Shown here one piece after another: positions 11,021 to 19,544 of a DNA stretch of 36,611 nt (its first letter is position 1; each line of letters starts with the position of its first letter). Location of the stretch: contig NZ_DATIRM010000119.1 of assembly GCF_035469765.1 (NCBI RefSeq), positions 1-36,611 on the forward strand. Direction: 5' to 3'. The position numbers and the translations under genes were made by a program. This stretch comes from Psychrobacter sp. (GTDB lineage: Bacteria > Pseudomonadota > Gammaproteobacteria > Pseudomonadales > Moraxellaceae). The notes beneath the pieces were generated by a model. It was not told the origin of the DNA and did not search any database. It saw only the letters and a list, made by a program, of their open reading frames with translations.

Positions 11021-11698
11021 ATGTTTGATATTGGGTTTTCTGAATTACTCCTTTTTGGGGTTATCGCCTTAATCGTCTTGGGTCCTGAAAAGCTACCGCA
11101 AGCGGCGCGTACTGCTGGGCAATGGTATGCCAAAATTCGCCGTACCGTCTCTACCTTGCAGTCCGAAATCGAAGCTGAGCTTGATTTGGCTGAAACTCGC
11201 CAACTGATGCAAAAAGAGCTGGCTAAAATCCGCCAAACTGAAGCAGAAATGCGGCGTGAAATGGCAGAGATGCGTGGCAGTATAAAAGAGTTTGAATATT
11301 CGCAAAGTCAGAATCTTAAAGCCTCAGACAAAATTACCTCATCTATTAATCAAGAAAATAATGACAGTGCTATACAAAACAATAATGAGCCAAAAGTGTT
11401 TTCTTATGCTTATGATCAAGATGATAGCTTAACCGACAATCAACAGTCATCAAATCAGGATATGACTAGCATTAATAGTGATGCAGCAAAAGATACCTCT
11501 ATTAATAAGCAGCCGGTTCAGCCTTTAATAACTAAGCCGTGGGAAAATATGTGGTTCCGCCTTGGTGCTTATGATAAAGCACGTCGTTTGCCTGCCGCGC
11601 CCTATTTACCCAATTATAAAGCCGATATTTTATTAAACAGCTCTTTTGGTAGCCCTTTACATGCACAAGCTTCTGTAAATAAACAGGAGAATGAATAA
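11021..11698 (+). CDS. tatB: Twin-arginine translocase subunit TatB
   Basis: MFDIGFSELLLFGVIALIVLGPEKLP signature; long polar C-terminal tail. Confidence 0.96.
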   Translation: MFDIGFSELLLFGVIALIVLGPEKLPQAARTAGQWYAKIRRTVSTLQSEIEAELDLAETRQLMQKELAKIRQTEAEMRREMAEMRGSIKEFEYSQSQNLKASDKITSSINQENNDSAIQNNNEPKVFSYAYDQDDSLTDNQQSSNQDMTSINSDAAKDTSINKQPVQPLITKPWENMWFRLGAYDKARRLPAAPYLPNYKADILLNSSFGSPLHAQASVNKQENE

Positions 11699-12534
11699 TG
11701 GGTTTATTTAAACGGCAAAAAAGTCGCCTAGAAAAGGTAACGGATGCAGCGATTGAAGATAAGACAGAGACGGCAAAAAATGATGAAGCGGGCGACGTAT
11801 TAAGTCCGTTGGCTGATATGCCTATTACTGAGCATCTCATTGAGCTACGTCGACATCTGATTAAAATATGTGTTGCCGTGCTGGTGATATTTTTAGCGTT
11901 GGTCGGCTTTTCACGCGAGTTGTATGATTTTTTATCGGATCCATTGGTTGCCCAGTTACCTGCCAACTCGACGATGATTGCCACAGATATCACTTCAAAC
12001 TTTATGGCTCCGATACGCTTAACGATATTCGTCGCCGCGTTTTTTGCCATGCCTTATATCTTGTATCAAATTTGGTCGTTTGTGGCACCAGGCTTATATA
12101 AAAAAGAGAAAAAAGTCGCTATTCCAGTGCTGCTGTCCTCTATATTTTTATTTTACTCTGGGGTAGCCTTTGCTTATTTTATTGTACTTAAAGGTGTACT
12201 GAAGTTCTTTATCCTGTTTGCGCCGCAGAATGTCTTACCGATGACAGATATCGACAGTTATCTGAGTTTTGCGCTTAAGCTTTTTATGGTATTTGGGATA
12301 ACGTTTGAGATTCCAGTTGTCACTCTGCTGTTGATATTGGTCGGCATCGTCTCCATTCAGAGCTTACAAGATAAACGTCGTTATATCATTGTGGGCTGTT
12401 TTGCAGTTGCCGCCATTGTCACACCGCCAGATGGGGTGTCGATGTTGATGCTTGCCATTCCGATGTGGTTATTGTTTGAGCTGGGATTGTTTCTAGCAAG
12501 AATTTTAATCAAAGAAGATCGCGACCCTGTTTAA
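11698..12534 (+). CDS. tatC: Twin-arginine translocase subunit TatC
   Basis: MPITEHLIELRRHL, YQIWSFVAPGLYKKEK, FEIPV and TPPD; TAATG overlap with tatB. Confidence 0.97.
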   Translation: MGLFKRQKSRLEKVTDAAIEDKTETAKNDEAGDVLSPLADMPITEHLIELRRHLIKICVAVLVIFLALVGFSRELYDFLSDPLVAQLPANSTMIATDITSNFMAPIRLTIFVAAFFAMPYILYQIWSFVAPGLYKKEKKVAIPVLLSSIFLFYSGVAFAYFIVLKGVLKFFILFAPQNVLPMTDIDSYLSFALKLFMVFGITFEIPVVTLLLILVGIVSIQSLQDKRRYIIVGCFAVAAIVTPPDGVSMLMLAIPMWLLFELGLFLARILIKEDRDPV

Positions 12535-12594
12535 GTAGTAAATAAATACGGAATAACGCATTGTTATTCTTGTCAGCGATATATGCACAAAAAC

Positions 12595-12622
12595 AGCCAT
12601 TGTCTATGCAGTGGCTTTTTTT
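12595..12622 (+). terminator. Intrinsic terminator after tatC
   Basis: AGCCATTG...CAGTGGCT stem followed by a T-run. Confidence 0.7.
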
Positions 12623-12669
12623 ACCTCTCTTATTTTTTATAATCTTTTAGTTTTTTAGGTAGCTTTGCT

Positions 12670-14169
12670 ATGTCCGCATCTATGCCAGCTTATATGAGCG
12701 ATCCCACTGACGAGCAGCTCAGCGCCCTCAATATGGCGATGGATCACAAGTCGTTTAAAGTGGTCGCCTACGCCGGTGCCGGTAAAACAACCACGCTAAA
12801 ATTGATTGGTGAGCGTTTGCGTGGACGCGGTTTGTACTTAGCCTTTAATAAAACCATTGCCAATGACGCCCGCGCAAAATTTCCGCCTCATGTAGAGTGC
12901 CGTACCTTTCACTCACTTGCCTACCGTCATGTTGCCCGTGATATCACCGCAAAACTATCATTACCGCGCTTTTCGCCTAAGCGTTTAGGTGATGATTTGG
13001 GCTTACAACCCGTACAAGTACGCAGGCAGATGGACGGCGTCAATAAATATATTACGCTCACCCCAGCACGATTATCACGCTTCGTTAGTGATGCTATCAG
13101 TAATTTTTGTAGCACACATGCCAGCTACCCTGCGCCAAGGCACATATTATTCCCAAGCTGGCTTGATGGCTCGGATGCTGAACAGCTGCGCGAGATGCTT
13201 TATCCTGCTGTTGAGCAGCGCTGGCTACAGTCGATTGATGCACGCCATCCTGCTGGTATTGGTCATGATATTTATCTAAAACTTTGGGCATTATCAAAAC
13301 CCAGTATCCCAGCAGATTTTATTTTATTCGATGAAGCGCAAGATGCTGACCCGCTTATGATGGGTATTTTGACCCAGCAGCCACGCCAAGTCATCTACGT
13401 GGGTGACGCTCACCAGCAGATTTATGAATGGCGCGGTGCGGTTAATGCCATGAAAAAACTGCCATTGCCACAAACCTTATTAACCCAGTCTTTTCGTTTT
13501 GGCGAACCAATTGCTGAGATTGCCAATACACTATTAAAGGCACTGCAAGAAGATGTACCGCTTAAAGGCAATCCAAATAAGCAGTCCTCTACCGACAAAG
13601 GCATGGTACATAGTAAAAAAGATGCCATTCTTTGCCGTACCAATGCTGCTGCGATGTCGCAGTTACTAACGGGTCTAAAGCTTGGGCATAGAGTCGCTCT
13701 ACAAGCCGATACGGATCGCATGCTAAAATTCTGTCAGGCAGCCGAAAACTTAAAAAATGGTAAATCGGCATACGGTGTACCTGAGTTGGCATATTTTTAT
13801 AATTGGTCTGATGTGCAAGAGTACTCTGAAACCAATGAAGGTAGCGACCTAAAAACTTTAGTGAAACTGGTCGATGACCATGGCACTAATGTCTTAAGCC
13901 AAGCGGTCAATAGCCTATCGAGTATTGAAAATGCCGACTATGTCATCTCGACGGCTCATAAAGCCAAAGGACTTGAGTGGGGAAAAGTACAGCTCGATGA
14001 CGACTTTTATTATGATGTGACCACCAATGCGGTAAAGATAAGCCCAGAAGAACTGCGCTTGCTCTACGTTGCTTGCACACGTGCTCAAAGCAACTTAGAT
14101 ATTCATAATATTAAAGATTTGATATCAGGTTTGCAGACGGGTAAAAAGGTTATTTTTGGTAATTCTTAA
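12670..14169 (+). CDS. Compact UvrD/Rep-like superfamily 1 helicase (499 aa)
   Basis: Motif I AYAGAGKT, Ia LAFNK, TFHSLA, II DEAQD, III VGDAHQQIYEWRGA, IV LTQSFRF, V STAHKAKGLEW, VI EELRLLYVACTRA. Confidence 0.9.
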   Translation: MSASMPAYMSDPTDEQLSALNMAMDHKSFKVVAYAGAGKTTTLKLIGERLRGRGLYLAFNKTIANDARAKFPPHVECRTFHSLAYRHVARDITAKLSLPRFSPKRLGDDLGLQPVQVRRQMDGVNKYITLTPARLSRFVSDAISNFCSTHASYPAPRHILFPSWLDGSDAEQLREMLYPAVEQRWLQSIDARHPAGIGHDIYLKLWALSKPSIPADFILFDEAQDADPLMMGILTQQPRQVIYVGDAHQQIYEWRGAVNAMKKLPLPQTLLTQSFRFGEPIAEIANTLLKALQEDVPLKGNPNKQSSTDKGMVHSKKDAILCRTNAAAMSQLLTGLKLGHRVALQADTDRMLKFCQAAENLKNGKSAYGVPELAYFYNWSDVQEYSETNEGSDLKTLVKLVDDHGTNVLSQAVNSLSSIENADYVISTAHKAKGLEWGKVQLDDDFYYDVTTNAVKISPEELRLLYVACTRAQSNLDIHNIKDLISGLQTGKKVIFGNS

Positions 14170-14241
14170 CCTTTTTATCAGCTACTAGAGATGTTCCACG
14201 ATGCCAATTTATAATGACTTTATATTAATAAGTAATAAGCC

Positions 14242-15294
14242 ATGAATACCCAACAAACTGATATCTTACCGCACGCTTTATCTCAAGCAATGCAACAGCG
14301 TCAAACGACCATAAAGCAATTATTTGCTAGTCCCGTCCGTCTTCTTGCCCCTATGGAAGGTTTAACTGATCCATTAATGCGGCAAATTTTGACCCAAATC
14401 GCAGCGGATGTTGGTCGCCCTTATGATTGGTCGGTGAGTGAGTTTATTCGGGTTACTCAGCATGTCTTGCCTGCACATGTGTTTTATAAATACGTGCCTG
14501 AGCTGCATCATGATGCCAAGACCGCATCCGGTACGTCGATTCATATTCAGTTACTTGGTAGTGAAGCGCAATTGATGGCAGAAAACGCGGCCTATGCTTG
14601 TGAGTTAGGTGCGCCTGCGATTGATATCAACTTTGGTTGTCCTGCCAAAACGGTCAATAGCCATCGTGGTGGCTCAGTGTTGCTTGATGAGCCTGAAGTG
14701 ATGTACGACATTATTAGCGCGGTACGACAAGCCGTGCCTGCCAATATACCCGTATCAGCGAAGATTCGCTTGGGTTATACCGATACCAGTCGCATGGATG
14801 ATATTCGTGGCGCTATTGATGCGAGCGGTGCAGATTGGCTGACCATTCATGCGCGCACAAAAACCCAAGGTTATAAACCGCCTGCTTATTGGAATAAGAT
14901 TCAAAGCTTTAATATCCTTGATATTCCAGTGATTGCCAATGGTGAGATATGGAATAGTGAGCACGCACAAAACTGTATGGCACAGTCAGGAACAAGGCAT
15001 TTAATGCTGGGACGTGGGGCTGTGACCTATCCTGACTTGATCGCGCGAATTGATAAAGACGATAGTGAGATTTTGAATAATACGACGACATTATTATGGC
15101 AAGAGCTGATTGCGCATCAAATTAAGTTTCTGCAAGGCGAGGCAAAAAGTGATATCGTATTGGTTGGTCGTTATAAGCAGTGGTTAGCTATGCTAACCAA
15201 AGGCTATAGCGAGGCAAAGATATTATGGGATAGTATTAAAAGGGAAAAAAATAAAGCAGCTATCATTAGCGCACTACAAATGAGTGCACAGTAA
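14242..15294 (+). CDS. dusC: tRNA-dihydrouridine synthase, DusC type
   Basis: LLAPMEG, SEFIRV, QLLGS, DINFGCPAKTVN, VSAKIRLG, IHARTKTQGYKPPA and IPVIANGEIW. Confidence 0.9.
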   Translation: MNTQQTDILPHALSQAMQQRQTTIKQLFASPVRLLAPMEGLTDPLMRQILTQIAADVGRPYDWSVSEFIRVTQHVLPAHVFYKYVPELHHDAKTASGTSIHIQLLGSEAQLMAENAAYACELGAPAIDINFGCPAKTVNSHRGGSVLLDEPEVMYDIISAVRQAVPANIPVSAKIRLGYTDTSRMDDIRGAIDASGADWLTIHARTKTQGYKPPAYWNKIQSFNILDIPVIANGEIWNSEHAQNCMAQSGTRHLMLGRGAVTYPDLIARIDKDDSEILNNTTTLLWQELIAHQIKFLQGEAKSDIVLVGRYKQWLAMLTKGYSEAKILWDSIKREKNKAAIISALQMSAQ

Positions 15295-15343
15295 CGTTAG
15301 CTACTTTTATCTTATAAACATTAGTTTTTTCAATCAGCTGCTA

Positions 15344-15772
15344 CTACGCACTGACTCGAATTGCTAAATAAAAGAGCATGAGACAGCAGGCAATAGAAAG
15401 ACCCCAAAGAATGGAGCGGAACATCGCTAAATTTGTGATATAAGCAACGCAAAAACCAATACGAATGAGCACGTATAGCCAAGCCAATGTATTCACAATC
15501 ATCTGTGGCACAAAAAACAGCATCGCTGCCGAGACTGCGGCTAAGAATACCGGTAAAGTCTCATAGCTGTTCTGCTGCGCGGCATTAGCGCGTGCCGCTG
15601 CCCCTGTCGTAGCTTGTAAAAAATCTCGAGGATGGGCATTATCAGCCAAATTAAAACCGCCGAGCATTTTTGCAGTCAATGCCATCGTTAATGGCAACAG
15701 ACTCGCTACTACCATTGCCCAAATGGCTGATGCTGCGGTATCAGAGACCAATCCTAAGAATAAATTCATCAA
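15344..15772 (-). CDS. MAPEG family membrane protein
   Basis: DNAHPRDFL...ARANAAQQNSYETLPVF motif with hydrophobic helices. Confidence 0.88.
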   Translation of the reverse strand: MMNLFLGLVSDTAASAIWAMVVASLLPLTMALTAKMLGGFNLADNAHPRDFLQATTGAAARANAAQQNSYETLPVFLAAVSAAMLFFVPQMIVNTLAWLYVLIRIGFCVAYITNLAMFRSILWGLSIACCLMLFYLAIRVSA

Positions 15773-15783
15773 TATATTCGCCT

Positions 15784-16197
15784 TTATCCTGCGATAACTT
15801 CAAAGTCATGCGTCACATTGACCCCGCCTTGTACCAACATACGACTGGCTGAGCAGTATTTTTCTGCGGATAATTTAATGGCTTTTTCTACTTGGCTGTC
15901 TTTGACGTCTTGACCGGTCACGACAAAATGCATATGAATGTCGGTATAGACTGCTGGCACGGTTTCGGCACGTTGAGCAGTCAGCTCACAACGTACATCT
16001 GTCACATCTTGACGAGATTTCTGCAAAATCGCCACCACATCATAGCTAGCACAACCGCCCAGTCCCAACAAAATCAGCTCCATTGGGCTTGCGCCTTTTT
16101 CTTTATCGGCATCAATTTGTACATTATGCCCTGACGGTGATACGCCCATAAAAGCTTTGTCTTGTTGCCATGTAACGCTTGCTTTAGATTCTGACAT
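15784..16197 (-). CDS. OsmC family protein (YhfA-like)
   Basis: GASPMELILLGLGGCASYDVV and LSAEKYCSAS two-Cys signature. Confidence 0.92.
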   Translation of the reverse strand: MSESKASVTWQQDKAFMGVSPSGHNVQIDADKEKGASPMELILLGLGGCASYDVVAILQKSRQDVTDVRCELTAQRAETVPAVYTDIHMHFVVTGQDVKDSQVEKAIKLSAEKYCSASRMLVQGGVNVTHDFEVIAG

Positions 16198-16501
16198 TTT
16201 TAATATTCCTTGTTTTAATTAGTTCGATTTTTAATTGGCATGCTTTTTAGTTAATGCGATTTTAATTAACACGATCTTAAACAACATAGTGCCAATTCTT
16301 GTTTTCTAAAAAAACTCTTTCTGTCGCCAGTGTAGCATAAGCCAAAACGAGATTTTATAAAGCCAGTATCTTGTATGATTGATTATATGCCTGTGCGCTA
16401 TTTGCTCGTATACCACCATGCTAAAAGCTCATTCAAAGACACGACTTCAATCCTATGTTTATTCTAATAAATTTACAAAAGTTTGTTTAAATACTCGTTG
16501 A

Positions 16502-16514
16502 TAAACAATTGATT
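16502..16514 (-). promoter_or_regulatory. Possible IHF binding site in the osmC/rppH divergent spacer
   Basis: Minus strand AATCAATTGTTTA fits WATCAANNNNTTR; could be a chance match in AT-rich DNA. Confidence 0.3.
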
Positions 16515-16704
16515 TTAAATCATTAAAGCTGTGAAACATTTTATAGCAAAATACTGTTACACATTTTGCTTGTTTCTTGGTTTAATAACGGTAATGAATC
16601 TTATTTTGCCAAAATATCGATAACAGTTACCCTATAATAATTACGATTGCTGTTACTTTACATTGTTGAAATAAGCTATTTTGAACATTTTAAAAGGTTA
16701 AGTC

Positions 16705-17226
16705 ATGATAGATGCAGACGGCTTTCGTGCCAATGTCGGCATCATCTTGGCAAATACACAAGGGCAAGTTCTGTGGACAAAACGTATTGGTCACAACGCT
16801 TGGCAGTTCCCTCAAGGCGGTATCGACCGTGGGGAGACACCGATGGATGCGATGTATCGCGAGCTCTGGGAAGAGGTCGGTCTACATCCACGCCATGTCG
16901 ATCTGTTGGCGGTCACGCAAGATTGGTTGCGCTATCGTCTGCCAAAACGTTACGTGCGGCATGGGCAGTATCCTTTGTGTATTGGGCAAAAACAAAAATG
17001 GTTTTTGCTACGCTTAGATGAGTCGAATACTCAACACATCCGCTTTGATGAGGGGAAACCAGAGTTTGATAACTGGCAATGGGTCAGCTACTGGTATCCA
17101 CTTGGACAAGTGATTCACTTTAAACGCGGAGTATACCGTCGCGCCTTGCAAGAATTGGTGCCCGAACTACCGCTCCAACAAGGACTTATTATTCCAGAAC
17201 AAAACAATCATTTGTTGGTAGAATAA
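16705..17226 (+). CDS. rppH: RNA pyrophosphohydrolase (Nudix)
   Basis: [27 protein letters not shown]...RELWEEVGL Nudix box, [11 protein letters not shown]. Confidence 0.98.
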   Translation: MIDADGFRANVGIILANTQGQVLWTKRIGHNAWQFPQGGIDRGETPMDAMYRELWEEVGLHPRHVDLLAVTQDWLRYRLPKRYVRHGQYPLCIGQKQKWFLLRLDESNTQHIRFDEGKPEFDNWQWVSYWYPLGQVIHFKRGVYRRALQELVPELPLQQGLIIPEQNNHLLVE

Positions 17227-17262
17227 ATTCTTAGACTTATTGTTTATTATTTTTCAATAGCG

Positions 17263-17306
17263 AATACAAAAGAGCCTGTATCCAGTGATACAGGCTCTTT
17301 TGTATT
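17263..17306. terminator. Bidirectional intrinsic terminator
   Basis: 20-bp perfect inverted repeat AATACAAAAGAGCCTGTATC-CAGT-GATACAGGCTCTTTTGTATT between convergent rppH and ADH. Confidence 0.9.
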
Positions 17307-17320
17307 TATAAGTGCTAAAT

Positions 17321-18415
17321 TTATGGTTTGATAGCAATTTTCAAGACGCCATCACGCTGATGCATAAATAAGTCATATGCTTCTATGATGTCATCTAAAG
17401 CATAAGTATGAGTGACCATTTCTGATAAATCCACACGTCCTGTTTCAATGACATTCATTAAACGGCGCATACGCTCTTTACCGCCTGGACATAGAGCCGT
17501 CCGAATCGTGTGATCGCCAAGACCAGCAGCGAAATTCGCTATTGGAATGACTAAATCCTCAGAATAAACACCGAGGCTAGATAGTGTGCCACCTGGTTTT
17601 AGTACTTTAAGCGCCTGCTCAAAGGTGGATTTTAAACCAAGTGCTTCGATACTGCTATCAACACCGCGTCCACCTGTAAGTTTTAATACTTCATCCACTA
17701 CATCCACTTCATTGAAGTTAAGGGTGATATCAGCGCCCATCTTTTTAGCCATCGCTAAGCGTTGATTGTTGCCGTCAATGGCGATGATAGTAGAAGCACC
17801 TTTGAGCCTTGCCCCAGCAGTAGCACATAAGCCAATAGGCCCTTGTGCAAATACTGCAACGATGTCACCAATGTTAATATTGGCATTCTCCGCACCTTTG
17901 AATCCTGTCGACATAATATCAGGGCACATCAGTACTTGCTCATCGGTAAGACCGTCCGGCACTGGACATAGATTGGCCTGTGCATCAGGCACTAGCACAT
18001 ATTCTGCTTGCGTACCATCAATGTGATTACCAAAGCGCCAACCACCAGTAGCTTTATAACCATGACAAGAGCATTTGCCATCAGCATCAAGATAGCCGCC
18101 ATCTTGTGAGGGAAAGCCGTCTTGGCTAGCATAGGAGGTAAATGTTGGACAAATCGCGCCAGCGATGACTCGTTGTCCTTCTGTATAGCCTTGCACCGCC
18201 GAGCCTAATTTTTCAATAATGCCTACCGGCTCATGACCAATAGTCAGCCCTTTGGCAACAGGATACTCACCTTTAAAAATATGAATATCGGTACCACAAA
18301 TTGTGGTTGTCGTAATTTTTAATAGCGCATCATTCGGCCCTACATCAGGAATCTTTTTCTCTACAATCTCAATTTTACCTGGCTCAATAAAGATCAGCGA
18401 TTTCATCATGCTCAT
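17321..18415 (-). CDS. Zn-dependent alcohol dehydrogenase (MDR family)
   Basis: TICGTD and GHEPVG catalytic Zn ligands, CPDIMSTG, FAQGPIG Rossmann variant, CPGGKERM. Confidence 0.92.
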   Translation of the reverse strand: MSMMKSLIFIEPGKIEIVEKKIPDVGPNDALLKITTTTICGTDIHIFKGEYPVAKGLTIGHEPVGIIEKLGSAVQGYTEGQRVIAGAICPTFTSYASQDGFPSQDGGYLDADGKCSCHGYKATGGWRFGNHIDGTQAEYVLVPDAQANLCPVPDGLTDEQVLMCPDIMSTGFKGAENANINIGDIVAVFAQGPIGLCATAGARLKGASTIIAIDGNNQRLAMAKKMGADITLNFNEVDVVDEVLKLTGGRGVDSSIEALGLKSTFEQALKVLKPGGTLSSLGVYSEDLVIPIANFAAGLGDHTIRTALCPGGKERMRRLMNVIETGRVDLSEMVTHTYALDDIIEAYDLFMHQRDGVLKIAIKP

Positions 18416-18472
18416 TTCACATTCCTTGTATTGTCAATATTTGCTTAGCCAACGTAGACTTAGCAAGAGATA

Positions 18473-18502
18473 TATTCATAATAATCCATATTATTATGAA
18501 TA
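18473..18502. promoter_or_regulatory. AT-rich inverted repeat upstream of the ADH gene (possible operator)
   Basis: TATTCATAATAAT-CCAT-ATTATTATGAATA, 13-bp perfect arms. Confidence 0.45.
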
Positions 18503-18642
18503 GTAATAGTAATTTGCAGTAAAATCCATAATTAAATTAAGGTTTTAATTTCTATCTATTATTAACTGCTAAATATTGAGCATCGAATCTCTGATTTTAA
18601 CAATCATTAAACCTACACAAGGAGCGATAAAAAACTCATATG

Positions 18643-19503
18643 TTATTTGATCATACTATGTTGATGTTCTCGACTGTCTAATCGAACATAATGAGTCGCT
18701 TGTAATTCGGTAGATTGCGAATGATCGTTGCTTTTATTATACAACGTTAAAATACTTTGGGTCCGGGTACCATAAGTGGGTATATTTGTCTCAAGATTGG
18801 CTAAAGAAGTAGGCTCAATATAGATTGAAGACAAAGCCTGTTCGATTTCAATAGGCACTCCAGTATCTGGCAGCTTATCCGTCGGAGCTAGCGTGGTATC
18901 AGATAGAACGTTAAAAGCAGCCTCTTGCCAATATTCAGGAGTACTGTCCTCAGCTATGAGCGTTAGCACTTCTTGACGTAAACGACCACGCAAACGCTCT
19001 GTCTTAAACCAACCCTCTTCTGGCTGACCATTAGAAAATACGTGCAAGCCTGCATATAAGGGTGTCGGCGCATGACCACGATTATTAACGACAACCGCTT
19101 GTGCTGTGTCACCGATAATAAGATTAAACCCAGCGTAGTCTTGTAGACTGATTTGCCGTGCAAAATCCATCGGACTTAAGCAACTGGTCAAAAAGTCAGC
19201 GACCAATTCACCACGCGAGCGCTCATCGTTACTTGCCTGCACACCATCGCGAAAGTTCAATACTGCTGCCCAGCGACCGTTATGTTGATAAGTAGCTGAT
19301 TGTGCTTGCTGCGTTTCTGACCTCACTGCTTGATGAATACCTAACCACGTACCGCCACTTTGCTCATCGCGCCCTGCAAAAATAGGCTTATCCTCCCATT
19401 GATGTAGCGGTTCTGTCGGGCGCTGTAAAAACTCATCGCGATTGGACAATAACACTAAAGGCAGCTCATCAAACAACTGCCAAGCAACAGCGACAATACA
19501 CAT
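18643..19503 (-). CDS. NRDE (TANGO2-like) family protein
   Basis: MC N-terminus, SNRDEF motif, GRD..SGGTWLG, SRGELV, GFNLI and YGTRTQS. Confidence 0.92.
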   Translation of the reverse strand: MCIVAVAWQLFDELPLVLLSNRDEFLQRPTEPLHQWEDKPIFAGRDEQSGGTWLGIHQAVRSETQQAQSATYQHNGRWAAVLNFRDGVQASNDERSRGELVADFLTSCLSPMDFARQISLQDYAGFNLIIGDTAQAVVVNNRGHAPTPLYAGLHVFSNGQPEEGWFKTERLRGRLRQEVLTLIAEDSTPEYWQEAAFNVLSDTTLAPTDKLPDTGVPIEIEQALSSIYIEPTSLANLETNIPTYGTRTQSILTLYNKSNDHSQSTELQATHYVRLDSREHQHSMIK

Positions 19504-19544
19504 AGTTTTCCTTGATATTAGTATTTATATTAAAGTGTTAGCAC

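Noticed and set aside
11532-12050. 172-aa minus-strand ORF and the many other 60-125 aa overlapping ORFs in the track
   Set aside because: They are antisense or off-frame shadows of well-supported genes (rho, pheT, tatC, rppH, uvrC and others) with no recognisable motifs.
12670-14169. Helicase as part of an anti-phage system such as Gabija GajB
   Set aside because: No adjacent OLD/TOPRIM nuclease or other defence gene; it is flanked by housekeeping genes.
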